DNA from: Candidatus Latescibacterota bacterium
GTDB taxonomy: Bacteria; Latescibacterota; UBA2968; SICM01
Assembly (NCBI GenBank): GCA_965217865.1
Contig: CBDCJO010000002.1
Span: 3,680,001-3,744,000 of the forward strand
Reading direction: 5' to 3'
Length of the DNA: 64,000 nt
Shown here: in pieces, positions 42,760 to 52,894 of the stretch
Layout of the letters: every line of letters starts with the position of its first letter
Position numbering within the stretch: the first letter of the stretch is position 1
Made by a program: the position numbers and the translations under genes
The notes under the pieces: generated by a model
What the model was told of the DNA's origin: nothing
The model's input: the letters and a program-made list of their open reading frames with translations, nothing else
Database searches by the model: none

Positions 42760-42868
42760 AAGTCCGGGCGATACTTCAAGGTCTTGAACTGCGCCTCGGA
42801 GTAAGGGTTGTCGTTCGACACGTGCGGTCGTGAGTACGATTTGGTCAGCCCCAGATCGGCCAGCAGGA
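42760..42868 (-). mobile_element. IS3-family transposase fragment (different element)
   Basis: Manual translation LLADLGLTKSYSRPHVSNDNPYSEAQFKTLKYRP. Confidence 0.8.
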
Positions 42869-43029
42869 GTGCCACGCCTCGGTCAGCGAGGCCTCGGAAA
42901 TCGAGCGCTTCGCTCCGTTGATCCTCCTCCCCGTCCAGCCCGGGCCTTGTAATTTCTGGAGAACTTCAGCCGCCGCCAAACGCGTATTGAACAGTGAATC
43001 GGAATAACGAAACAGAAGGAGAAACAACA

Positions 43030-43540
43030 ATGATAAGGAGAGTAATGCAGGCGCAAGTCTTGCCTGCGCATAGCATAACTATCGATGAACTCGGTGGAAT
43101 ATGTAAAACGCTTATTGAACGGTTTGGCAATGAAGAAGAAACTGAATGTGCAATAACATTGATAGCAAAAAATGGAGCGTTCGGATTCGTGAACGTGGAA
43201 GATATGATCAGAAATAAGAGCAACATAAAGTATGACATTCAGAAATATTCAGTAGAACTCGAAAGTCGTCAAAGTAAGAATGGACTACAGAAGGTTAAAA
43301 TAATTCCTGCTTTTTCAGACAATCCTCTTCAATTGAAATCAAGTATTACAGCATTCTCAGGAAATGAAGGATGGTGTGCAGACATTATAGCAACAGCATC
43401 AACTGAATTCGGTAGATATAAAGTTAAATTGAATTGGGTATATAGCCATTTTGTAGCTATTCCCGCAATATTTATTGCGGGAATTATTGCGGGTAGTTTG
43501 ACGGCAGAAAATGAAGTAGAAACATACATCACATGCACCG
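43030..43540 (+). pseudogene. AT-rich hypothetical membrane protein, 3' truncated
   Basis: RBS AGGAG + ATG; hydrophobic segment near end; runs into IS256 piece. Confidence 0.55.
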
Positions 43541-43543
43541 CCT

Positions 43544-43715
43544 TTGTCCATCCCTACCTGGGAGACCCTGGAAGGGTGGATTCGAGATGAGATCGAGGTT
43601 CGCATCCAGTCGATTGCCGAGGAGGAAGTGACCCAGTTCCTCGGCCGAGGGTGGTATGAGCGTAAAGGAGCCGTCGATACGCTTCCGGGTTATCGCAACG
43701 GCTATGGTAAGCCGC
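43544..43715 (+). mobile_element. IS256-family transposase 5' fragment
   Basis: EEEVTQFLGRGWYER..GYRNGYGKP. Confidence 0.75.
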
Positions 43716-43805
43716 CGGTAGTGGAACATGGCAATGTCGGAAGAGCCCAGGAAAGTCTTCGGGAGTGAACCGGCCCGACGGGAATGGTTCCGCCAACAGG
43801 TTGAT

Positions 43806-44171
43806 CGGTTGCGCTTGCAATCCCGGTGGGAGCGCTTCGAAACAGAGAATTTGCAGCGAGGGGAGAGGCGGCCCCAAGTGTTTGTGAACACGGCAGAAAC
43901 GACAAGACCCCGAAGGGGTTGCCCCACGGGGTCTTGCGTTAACGGACGACCGCCGAAGTTGGCGGATGGGAATATGGCTCCCCATATGATCCTCTCCCCG
44001 GAACCATTCTCTGTTCGTCAGTCATAACTTGCTGTATTGAAAGGCGCTATCGTAATTACGCCAGCACCGCAGAGGCGGAAACCATGTCAAGACGTCAAGA
44101 CCGACTCCCGTTTTTCCAGTCATATCAGTCGTTTCTTCCACATTGGGACCGAAGTTGTGGAACATGGACGC
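43806..44171 (-). repeat. Long non-coding repeat, copy 2
   Basis: Matches 38677-39112. Confidence 0.92.
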
Positions 44172-44358
44172 CTGGAGGGTGCGGGAATCAGTCGACTTTT
44201 TGTCACTGGCTTCAGGTCGGCGTGACGGCGAAGTCGGGGCGATTTCTGGAGTTTTTGGAGATCCTGAAAAGGCCGGGGCGAAGCTCAATGTCTCGAACCT
44301 GGCCGTCATCCAACGGGCCGCGACCGCTTCTGATCGCTTGGATCTGAAGCCTCCCTGG

Positions 44359-44387
44359 TTGACAGCTTCCGGCCAAACGGCTATATT
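44359..44387 (+). promoter_or_regulatory. Sigma70-type promoter
   Basis: TTGACA-17 nt-TATATT. Confidence 0.7.
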
Positions 44388-44408
44388 ACTGCATTCCGGG
44401 GGAGGGGG

Positions 44409-44630
44409 AGATGCGGTGCCAGGACGAGAAGCGGGATGCCGTGCCGGTCACCCGCGATGACGAACGGCCGTTGCCGGATGCACGGGGGAGCATCGCCCGG
44501 CGCACCGGTCGGTAACACGAACGCCTTCAAACACGGTCTTTTCACCGCCGCGGCGACCGCCGAGCGGCGGGAAGCGGCTGCGCTCATTCGTGGGATGAAG
44601 AGCCTTGTCGAGCAGGTCGACGGTCAAGAC
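44409..44630 (+). pseudogene. HGGxSTG-domain protein fragment
   Basis: RCGARTRSG..RCRMHGGASPG..NAFKHG; near-identical to 61780-62037. Confidence 0.78.
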
Positions 44631-44884
44631 CGACCAGCCGTGCAGCCTGTGCGGTTCCTTTTCGCCCCTTCATACATTGGGGGGCAACTCCGGGGCCAGT
44701 TTGCCGCGGCCGGAGGAAGGCAGAGTTGCGCAAGCGTAGGGCAAATCAGCCGGACCCTGAAAGGAGTTTTTCATACCTCAAAGAATGTTGCGCCGGCGCG
44801 AAGTCGAAGCGTGAACCACCTGTTCCCGGCGAAAGACCTGAAAGGTCGGAAGCTGCGCCAAGCCCCCCCTCGCCAAGCCACGCC

Positions 44885-45090
44885 GGGTGCTGGTCAACAG
44901 CCTCGGCGTTTTCTGGTCCGTTCCGGCAAGCGCGACGGTGATCGAATCTTTGTGTATGTCCAACGCGACAACTTTCGTAGATTTACGCATGGCCTCCTCC
45001 TTTTCGCTGGGGACAGGTCTTTGGTTGAACTCCGTTTTCCCAAAGATAACCCCCGATAACCGAGATCGGAGGGGGTCCTTCATAATACCC
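44885..45090 (-). mobile_element. IS110-family left end plus first ~33 codons of transposase
   Basis: MRKSTKVVALDIHKDSITVALA (ATG 44990) with ~100-nt structured leader. Confidence 0.75.
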
Positions 45091-45105
45091 GTCAATACAT
45101 AAGGT

Positions 45106-47319
45106 CTAGCTTGATCGAGAGCCCGGTGCCTCCTCCGGATCTCGTCCCTCCTCGGTGCCGCCTATGATGGTGGAGGGGGGCGTCAAGGGTAGCTTGACTA
45201 CCATCTCGGTAAACTCGCCGGGTTGGGACTCGACCCGAATGGTTCCTCCGTGCTCGCGCACGATATCGTTGGAGAGCGCAAGGCCGAGCCCGGTGCCTTG
45301 GTCCGTAGGCTTGGTCGTGAAGAAGGGGTTAAAGATCTTGTCGATAACATCGGATGGAATCCCGCCTCCGTTGTCCTTGATGCGGATCTCGACCCGGTCC
45401 TCTCCACGCCGGGTGGAAAGCCACAGCGTTGGGGTGTAGACGGCGGCGTCTTTCCTTGTCTCCGTTGCGGCGCACCGTTTCTCGTTAGTCGCGTCGCAGG
45501 AGTTGCTCACCATGTTCAGAAAAACGCGGCCCAAGTCCTGCGGGATAACTTCGAGCCGACCCGCCTGCGGGTCTAGATTATGCTTCATGTCGAGTTGGAA
45601 ATTCGGATCGGCCGCCCGCACGCTGTGGTAGGCAAGCCGGGCGTGTTCGTCGAGCAAATTGTTGATGTCGGTGAGCCGCCATTCGCCCGAGCCCCGTCCC
45701 ATCATGAGCATGTCGTGAACAATCTGGTTGGCCCGTCCGCTGTGTTCACGGATGCGATCAAGGTTGTCGGTGAGGTCCTCGATGAGCTTATGAACGAGAT
45801 CGCGCTGGTCCGCACTCGCCTTCTCACCGCCTTCGCTGAGGGTCTCCCGAAGTTCTTCCAGAAGTTCCTCCGAGACCTCCGAGAAGTTTTTGACGAAGTT
45901 CAGTGGATTCTTGATCTCGTGGGCGACACCCGCGGTGAGTTCACCGAGCGCCGCCAGCTTCTCACGCATGACGATCTGATCCTGCGCCCGCCGTAAGTCG
46001 GCGAGCACGCTCTCCAGTTGCACGTTTTTCCCCCGCAATTCTTCCGCCAGTTTTTCCACTAGGTTCAGGCGCTGGACCTCCAAGGCGTGGCGGCGGAACA
46101 CCTCAAGGGCCGCGGCCATGTCCGCCACCTCGTCGCGTCCACCAATCTCGACCTTGCTCTCTAGGTCCCCTCCGGCCATTCGGCGCATCCGCTCCGACAA
46201 CAGCGCCAGACGGCGCAACAATACCCGGCCGACAAAAAGCCAAGCGATGAGCAAAGCGCCGCCGATGCTGAGCCCACTAATGGCCAGTAGGAGGGTGCGC
46301 CCTGTCAGGATGGCTTGGGTGGAAGCGCGAGTGACTTCCTCTGCGCTGGCACGGGACGCGTTCACCAGACCATCGACCTCGGCGACCAAGTCGATGGAGA
46401 TGTCGCGGTTTCGCGCGAGTAGATCACGTTGACGCCCGGCGAGTCTGAGTTCCCGGACCAGCAGATCGAAACCGCCTTGCTCTCCAGCCCCCAACTCGAA
46501 CAGCTTGGCGAAGATAGGGGAGACTTCGGCACGCAATTCTCCAAGCTTCGACAAGCTCCGCTCGATACGGCCGGCGGAGGCCTCGAAACGCTCCCGCAAC
46601 GGCTCGATCAAAGAGGCGTCTGAGAGAGTGAAAGCACTTGCCAGAAGCTGGGTTGCGATGTTGGTGTCCGTCTGTAGATCGGACAGATGGCGATAGCGGC
46701 CGATCTCATCCTCCGAGAAATGTTTCCAGCGAGGTGCCGGAGGTTCGCCAAGTTTACGGTAGCCCGTCATGGTGTAGAAGAATTGGTCATCAATGGCCGG
46801 AATGACGATATTATCCAGGCGGTCGCCCAATTCTGCAAGTTCTGTTCGCAAGGCTGCATTCCGCGCGGTCAGTTCAAAGAACTCAGACATCTCTCCCTGA
46901 ATAGCCTCAATGTTGAAAATCAGCGTGTCGGCATGGGCACGGATGCGCTTGAAACGTTCATCTCCCGGGTCTCTTCGCTCCAAGACGGCCAACTGGTCCT
47001 CAAGGGCTCTATGCACCTCGGAGATGCTGGAAGAGACCCGGAAAAAGTCCTCGGACGTTTCGGCCGTGGTCAAGCGCGGGGCGGCGGCCACTAGGATACC
47101 GCTAAACTGCGCAACTCCGAAAGCGGCCACCAACTCGGGGATACTGCCTTCATTGACACGACTCTGGATATTGCCCACGCGATCGAACGAAAACCAGCCG
47201 ACCAGACTCGCGGCCATGGTGAGGGTGACGGCTCCTCCGATGGCGAGGTAGAGTTGAATAGATATGCGGAAGCGGCTTTTCAGTAGGCTCTGGAGCAAGC
47301 GTCTCAGCTGGTCGATCAC
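45106..47319 (-). CDS. Membrane histidine kinase (TorS-like helical sensor, HAMP, HisKA, HATPase)
   Basis: Two TMs, RDEVADMA, AHEIKNPLN, DNGGG, FNPFFTTK, GTGLGL. Confidence 0.9.
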   Translation of the reverse strand: MIDQLRRLLQSLLKSRFRISIQLYLAIGGAVTLTMAASLVGWFSFDRVGNIQSRVNEGSIPELVAAFGVAQFSGILVAAAPRLTTAETSEDFFRVSSSISEVHRALEDQLAVLERRDPGDERFKRIRAHADTLIFNIEAIQGEMSEFFELTARNAALRTELAELGDRLDNIVIPAIDDQFFYTMTGYRKLGEPPAPRWKHFSEDEIGRYRHLSDLQTDTNIATQLLASAFTLSDASLIEPLRERFEASAGRIERSLSKLGELRAEVSPIFAKLFELGAGEQGGFDLLVRELRLAGRQRDLLARNRDISIDLVAEVDGLVNASRASAEEVTRASTQAILTGRTLLLAISGLSIGGALLIAWLFVGRVLLRRLALLSERMRRMAGGDLESKVEIGGRDEVADMAAALEVFRRHALEVQRLNLVEKLAEELRGKNVQLESVLADLRRAQDQIVMREKLAALGELTAGVAHEIKNPLNFVKNFSEVSEELLEELRETLSEGGEKASADQRDLVHKLIEDLTDNLDRIREHSGRANQIVHDMLMMGRGSGEWRLTDINNLLDEHARLAYHSVRAADPNFQLDMKHNLDPQAGRLEVIPQDLGRVFLNMVSNSCDATNEKRCAATETRKDAAVYTPTLWLSTRRGEDRVEIRIKDNGGGIPSDVIDKIFNPFFTTKPTDQGTGLGLALSNDIVREHGGTIRVESQPGEFTEMVVKLPLTPPSTIIGGTEEGRDPEEAPGSRSS

Positions 47320-48500
47320 GGCTCCGTGTCCCGCAGTGAGTCGATGGGGTAATAACGGCCACCACAACCGATCATGGTTAGGAAGACGGCGTCCGAGCCC
47401 TGGTTGTCCCCTTCACCGTAACGGAGCTCGAACCCGCCGAGGTCGATGATATCGGTGCGGCGCAGACTGTCGAGAAAGCAGGTTCGATTGACCTCCCTGC
47501 CACAGTTTCTTAGGCCGGTAATGGCCAAGCGCCCGGCCAGATAGCCCTCGAAGGAGACAAAGCCGGGAACGGCATCGATCGCATAGGCCGACAGTGCGCG
47601 GCGGTAGGCGGCGGCGATGGGGAGGGAATTATCCGTTGGGAAGGGCACCACCTGAGTGACGAAGACTCCGGCGCCGTCGGGGCCGAGTTCCGTCGCCAAT
47701 GCGTTGCTGCCCACGAAGGAGATGGTCATGAAAACGGGGCTCAGACCCAGATACCGTGCCCAGACGATCAACGTTGCCAGCGGCTTGTAGGCTCCGATCA
47801 GAATCACGGCTTTGGGGGTTCCCTGGTACAGGTCGAGCAGAGCCGTCTTCACCGCCATGGTATTGCGCGGATATAATCCGATGGCCACCGGCGCCATCTT
47901 GCGCCGGTCGAGAGCGGCTCGTACTCCGCGGTAGCCGGCGCGACCGAAGGAATCGTCCTGATACAGCACGGCGATACGCTTGATGCCCAGGTCCCCCGTC
48001 AAGCGAGCGACCATTTCCTCGGTCTCCTGGTTGTAGGAGGCTCGTAGGTTGATCACGTTGCCCCACTTGTCTTCGCGCAGGAAGGCAGCGCCGGTGAACG
48101 GAGCGATGTAGGGAACATCCGCGGCCGCGGCGATGGGAATGGCGGAGCGCGCCGTCGGCGTACCGACGGCGCCGATGAGCGCGAAGACCTTGTGCTCATT
48201 AATCAGACGGAAGGTGTTGACGATGGCGGCTTCCGGTTCGTAGGCATCATCCCGAGACACGAGTTCCAACCGCCGGCCATGGACACCGCCGGCCAAGTTG
48301 CTCTCATGGAAGGCGGCCTCAATCCCGAGCCGCATGTTTCTGCCCAGTTCCCGCGCGGGACCGCTAAAGGCGGCGGACTGACCGAAGAGAATGCGCTGGT
48401 CGGAGATGCCGAGTTCCTGCGAAGGGATTGCCGTCGCTGTCGAGAGAGAAACACCCGCCAGACACAGCAGAGCCGTCGGCAGGCGGGATTTCCGCTTCAA
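47316..48500 (-). CDS. Type I periplasmic binding protein (Leu/Ile/Val-like)
   Basis: GQSAAFSGP, DDAYEP, GAVGTP, LRASY, YQDDSFG. Confidence 0.9.
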   Translation of the reverse strand: MKRKSRLPTALLCLAGVSLSTATAIPSQELGISDQRILFGQSAAFSGPARELGRNMRLGIEAAFHESNLAGGVHGRRLELVSRDDAYEPEAAIVNTFRLINEHKVFALIGAVGTPTARSAIPIAAAADVPYIAPFTGAAFLREDKWGNVINLRASYNQETEEMVARLTGDLGIKRIAVLYQDDSFGRAGYRGVRAALDRRKMAPVAIGLYPRNTMAVKTALLDLYQGTPKAVILIGAYKPLATLIVWARYLGLSPVFMTISFVGSNALATELGPDGAGVFVTQVVPFPTDNSLPIAAAYRRALSAYAIDAVPGFVSFEGYLAGRLAITGLRNCGREVNRTCFLDSLRRTDIIDLGGFELRYGEGDNQGSDAVFLTMIGCGGRYYPIDSLRDTEP

Positions 48501-48916
48501 TTATCTCTCCTCTTGACCAAGGTCAGATGGTTTCTGCTCTGCTCCCGCCGATAGTGCAACTCGTCCATCATGGTTCGCACCAGATGGAGGCCGAGACCAC
48601 CCACGGCCCGATCTTCGAGTACTGATTCCAGATCGGGCTGGGGAGCATCATTCAGCGGATCGAAGGGGCGGCCGTCGTCCGCGATCTCAATGGTGAGGAC
48701 ATCCGCTTCCGAGGTCAGCGTGATCTCGATTTCGTGGAGATTTTCGTCCTTTCCATGGTTCATGATATTGAGTCCCAACTCCTCAAGGACTAAGTTCACT
48801 CGGAAGACGAAGTCGGGAGGCCAATTCTCGGCCTCGCCGAAGTCTTCCACGGCGGCGGTGATGCTCTCCAATTCGTCGACTCTGGGTTCGACTTTCAGGG
48901 ACAGCTTCGCGCTCAA
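48497..48916 (-). CDS. RsbW-like anti-sigma/serine kinase
   Basis: LEELGLNIMNHG, DDGRPFDP, GGLGLHLV. Confidence 0.88.
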   Translation of the reverse strand: MSAKLSLKVEPRVDELESITAAVEDFGEAENWPPDFVFRVNLVLEELGLNIMNHGKDENLHEIEITLTSEADVLTIEIADDGRPFDPLNDAPQPDLESVLEDRAVGGLGLHLVRTMMDELHYRREQSRNHLTLVKRRDN

Positions 48917-50082
48917 TGACCCATCTCGCTGCGACAAAACGTCATGCAAGTGATGTCGTCCGATTGCGGCATGTCACCCACGAAATTTCTCACGGCCTCG
49001 AAAACCGCTTGGTTGGCTTCCTGGGAGTCCCTGGGGAGAGCCGCCGCAAAGATCTCGCGCAGGCGCTCTGTCCCAAACTGTTCGCCGGCGCCGTCCATCG
49101 CCTCGGTTACGCCGTCCGTGTAGAAAACGACGGTGTCGCCAGGCGAGAGGACTACGGTGTTCTGCCGGTATTGAATGTCGGGCACCATGCCCAGAGCGAT
49201 TCCACCAGTCAGGGGGAGCAGAGCCGAGCTTCCGTCGGCATGGACGATGAGCGGGGAATTGTGCCCACCGTTGGCATAGGTGAGTTCCCCGTTGTCCGGA
49301 TCATACACCGCGTACAGGATGGTGACAAACATGGTGGCCTCATTGTCCTCGTGGAGCAGATTATTAACCTCGCGCAACACTTGGCCTGGATCGAGACTGC
49401 CGCGGGCCGCGCCCTTGAGCAGAGTTCGGCTGGACATCATAAAGAGAGCGGCGGGCACTCCCTTGTCCGACACGTCCGCGATGGCCAGACCTATCCGATC
49501 TTCCTCAAGATGGATGACATCGAAAAAATCGCCGCCCACGTTGCGCGCCGACTCCATGCTGGCAAACACTTGGTAGTCGAGGCTCTTGGGAAACTGGGTG
49601 GGAAGAATCGATAGCTGAATTTGGCTGGCGACGGCAAGTTCCTTCTGCAGCGCTACCAGCTTGTCGCGCGAGACGAGGGCCTCGCGCCACTCTACCAAGT
49701 GGCGTAGCGTCCGGTCAATGGTGATTTTCAGATCCTCGAAATCCAGCGGCTTGGTGACGAAGTCGAACGCTCCCCGATTCATCGCCGTGCGGATGTTTTT
49801 CATGTCGCCATACGCCGAAACGATGACGGAACGGATGTTGGGATCGACCGTGGGGATCTGCTGCAACAGCGTGAGGCCGTCCATCTGAGGCATGTTGATG
49901 TCCGAGAGCACCATGTCGATGTCCTCGTCCCGGTTCAGCCACTCAAGGGCCTCCACGCCGTTGTGGGCAAACACGAACTCATAGCGACCAGCGCGAATGG
50001 CGTGCCGCATGCGCTGCAGTATGAGCGGCTCAAGATCGGGCTCGTCGTCGACCACCAGGATCTTGTACGGCTGCTTTGTCAT
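48913..50082 (-). CDS. Receiver + PP2C/SpoIIE phosphatase (RsbU/RsbY-like)
   Basis: VDDE, SDINMP, KP; VGGDFFD, ADVSDKG, YTDGVTE, DDIT. Confidence 0.92.
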   Translation of the reverse strand: MTKQPYKILVVDDEPDLEPLILQRMRHAIRAGRYEFVFAHNGVEALEWLNRDEDIDMVLSDINMPQMDGLTLLQQIPTVDPNIRSVIVSAYGDMKNIRTAMNRGAFDFVTKPLDFEDLKITIDRTLRHLVEWREALVSRDKLVALQKELAVASQIQLSILPTQFPKSLDYQVFASMESARNVGGDFFDVIHLEEDRIGLAIADVSDKGVPAALFMMSSRTLLKGAARGSLDPGQVLREVNNLLHEDNEATMFVTILYAVYDPDNGELTYANGGHNSPLIVHADGSSALLPLTGGIALGMVPDIQYRQNTVVLSPGDTVVFYTDGVTEAMDGAGEQFGTERLREIFAAALPRDSQEANQAVFEAVRNFVGDMPQSDDITCMTFCRSEMGH

Positions 50083-50418
50083 CCCCGTCCTTCTACGAAC
50101 CGTTTGCGTAGTCGTTCGACGGTGCTGGCATGGACGTCAAGGGCGTGCTGGATCTCTTCGTCGGTAAAGTGTTCGCCGTCCTGTCCCTGATCGGTCTTCA
50201 GAAGGGTCCGGGTGTGCCTCTGCTTCAGAGCTGCTGTTTTGCCTTTGCTGATCAGACCACGCAGATATGACCGCTCCTCAGCCGTCAGCGTCACGATGTA
50301 TCTCTTCTTCGGCACTTTGTTCTCCTTGTTCCTTTTCAGGGGAGATACGGAGAGCATACGACAAAACTGCTCAAAAATACAGACCTTTATCCCGCGTCTC
50401 TAACTTGACGGTCCACTA
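50083..50418 (-). mobile_element. IS630-family left end with truncated HTH ORF
   Basis: TAGTGGACCGTCAAGTT end; YIVTLTAEER..TVERLRKRFVEG. Confidence 0.78.
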
Positions 50419-50744
50419 TTACTTAGTGGCGAGAGTTGGCGTACGATCAATTGGACATTCATGGCAGGTTAAATTTATGCGAGTTAACAGATTTGTAATA
50501 ATGATGTCTACTTCTGCAATTAAGTACTAGACCGAGGTCGCTCCGCGACGAACCTAGGACAGGCGGTAGCCAACCCGCGAATATCAGTCGGATCAACCGT
50601 CGCTACAGTGTCCCTTCTGCTCCGGAAAAACCTGTGTAAAGATAACATCCGAAAATTTCTACCCCGGAGGGGTTGACAACGGCCAATACATATCAGTATT
50701 GTGTCCCCGGAAATTCCTTCAATAATTTCTCGGATAGCGGTCTG

Positions 50745-50835
50745 TGAACCCTGAACGGAGCGAAGGATCTCTATGTCCCGAACTATCAGACAGTTGGTGC
50801 GATCTTCGATCGCTGGCTCTCGATCAAAATGACAG
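50745..50835. repeat. Degenerate REP-like element (GAGCGAAGGATCT...AATGACA type)
   Basis: ccctgaacggagcgaaggatct ... gatcttcg ... aaatgaca. Confidence 0.35.
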
Positions 50836-50889
50836 CCACCGCTACGTTTTTGGAGACTTTCTTTTGTAAGGAACTTCCGGGACACGATA

Positions 50890-52731
50890 CTAGCCCCTAT
50901 ACAAGCGTGAATTTTTCTTGGTTTTAGTAGAGAAAAGTTGAAATGCCCCAGTTTTCAGGCCTATAGTTGTAGTATGAAAGACAAAAAGAGGCCATCAAAA
51001 AGGGGCATTTCAGATGAGAGAATACAGGAAGATTCTTCGGAACAGGGAAGCACGAATTGTCCGTCGTTTGCGTCGGAAGCAGTGGTGCAGTCAGGTCAAG
51101 CCTATGATGTCTGGGGGAAACATCCACTACGAGATGAGTGGGAAGGCCGAGGCGATCACGTGTGGGGGGATCGGCGCGTTTCACCACATGGTCCGCAGGG
51201 TTGGGCTGGTGAAAGAGATTGACCGTCATCTTCATCTTTTGAAAGTGCATTTGCCCTATCACGAATCAGACCACGTTCTGAACATCGCCTACAATGCGCT
51301 GGTTGGTGGTCAACGCCTTGAAGACATTGAGCTGCGCCGGCAGGATGCCACGTTCCTGAACGCTTTGGGCGCTCAGCGTCTCCCGGATCCGACCACAGCA
51401 GGCGACTTTACACGTCGTTTCCGGCCATCGGATATCGAGACGTTGATGGATTGCATCAACCGGGTGCGCACCCGGATCTGGAAAAAGCGCGCCAGGGGCG
51501 AACTCAAAGAAGCCCTCATCGACATCGACGGCACCCTGGCCACCACTCTCGGAGAACGCAAGCAGGGCATGGCCCTGTCATACAACGGTATCTGGGGATA
51601 CCATCCTCTCGTGGTCTCTCTGGCGAACACCAGGGAGGTGTTGTTTCTTGTGAATCGACCCGGCAATGTGCCCAGCCACGACGGTGCCGTAAAGTGGATC
51701 GATCGCGCCATCGCGCTGGTCGCCCCTTTCGCCAAACGCATCTGCCTGCGCGGAGACACCGGCTTCTCACTCACCCGGCACTTCGATCGTTGGTCGGAAA
51801 AGGTCGACTTCGTCTTCGGCATGGATGCTTACAGAGGATTGGTCAAGATCGCCAAATCCCTGTCACAGAGCGATTGGGAGCCCTTTGAACGACAACCCAA
51901 ATACCAGGTCAAAACCTCCCAGAGACAGAAACGCGAGAACGTGAAAGCCCGGATCATCCGGGAGCGCGGCTTCAAAAACATCCGACTTGCCAGTGAACGT
52001 GTTGCCGGGGTTTCGTATCGTCCTGCTCGATGCAAGAAGACCTGTCGACTCGTGATCCTCGAAAAGAACCTGAGCGTCGAACGCGGCGAAAACGCCCTGT
52101 TCGATGACAAGCGCTGTTTCTTCTACATTACCACCCGAAAAGATCTTACGGCCGCGGAAATCGTGAGGCTGGCCAATCGACGGTGCGATCAGGAAAACGT
52201 GATTGAACAACTCAAGAACGGGGTCAACGCCATGCGGATGCCCGTCGACAACCTGATGAGCAACTGGGCTTACATGGTCATGACCGCCCTGGCGTGGAAC
52301 CTCAAAGCCTGGTTCGCGTTGATGATCCGAAAGCGTGAGCGTCGCGATCAACTTCTGAGAATGGAGTTTCGCGCCTTCCTCCAGAATCTGATCTGGATCC
52401 CTTGCCAGATCGTGACCCGGGGAAGACAGATCATCTATCGTGTCTTGGGCTACAACCGGTGGATGACTGACTTCTTCCCGGCCTGGAACAGAATCAGATG
52501 GCTCAAACCGGCCTGACTGCCATGTCAGCACCTGTCGTCGTAACATCACAGGGACAAGTCCGTCCACCCCGGCTAAAACACGTCCGCAAACTCAGTTAAT
52601 TAGACAATCGCATGCCGAAACAATCACAAAAACAGCCCAGACATCATCTCCACCAAGTCACAAGTCTGAAATGCTCCGAAATCTTGTATAACACACCGCT
52701 CAACAAGCCTATTCGCTTATTTTAGGACTAG
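50890..52731 (+). mobile_element. IS1380-family element (limits include flanking CTAG)
   Basis: IR CTAGCCCCTATACAAGCG / CGCTTATTTTAGGACTAG. Confidence 0.88.
51014..52516 (+). CDS. IS1380 transposase
   Basis: IDIDGT, GYHPL, LRGDTGF, RCDQENVIEQLK, AWNL. Confidence 0.92.
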   Translation: MREYRKILRNREARIVRRLRRKQWCSQVKPMMSGGNIHYEMSGKAEAITCGGIGAFHHMVRRVGLVKEIDRHLHLLKVHLPYHESDHVLNIAYNALVGGQRLEDIELRRQDATFLNALGAQRLPDPTTAGDFTRRFRPSDIETLMDCINRVRTRIWKKRARGELKEALIDIDGTLATTLGERKQGMALSYNGIWGYHPLVVSLANTREVLFLVNRPGNVPSHDGAVKWIDRAIALVAPFAKRICLRGDTGFSLTRHFDRWSEKVDFVFGMDAYRGLVKIAKSLSQSDWEPFERQPKYQVKTSQRQKRENVKARIIRERGFKNIRLASERVAGVSYRPARCKKTCRLVILEKNLSVERGENALFDDKRCFFYITTRKDLTAAEIVRLANRRCDQENVIEQLKNGVNAMRMPVDNLMSNWAYMVMTALAWNLKAWFALMIRKRERRDQLLRMEFRAFLQNLIWIPCQIVTRGRQIIYRVLGYNRWMTDFFPAWNRIRWLKPA

Positions 52732-52894
52732 CGATGTCCCGGTTGACGCACCCGCGCCAAGCGGCCAAAATGACGCGGGCACGCAAAGCGAAACATTGCT
52801 GGAGCTTGCCAGCCCGCGTCCAGGCGCTCACAAAGCAGAGTTTCTACTCCGAAAGGCCGCTGTCATAAATCAAAGTGACCGCTCAGAATCAGCT

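Noticed and set aside
42300-43000. CRISPR-Cas locus
   Set aside because: Only ~50 codons resembling Cas3; no repeat-spacer array or other cas gene seen in the window
44388-44420. tRNA after the strong promoter
   Set aside because: No cloverleaf, TTCGA loop or CCA
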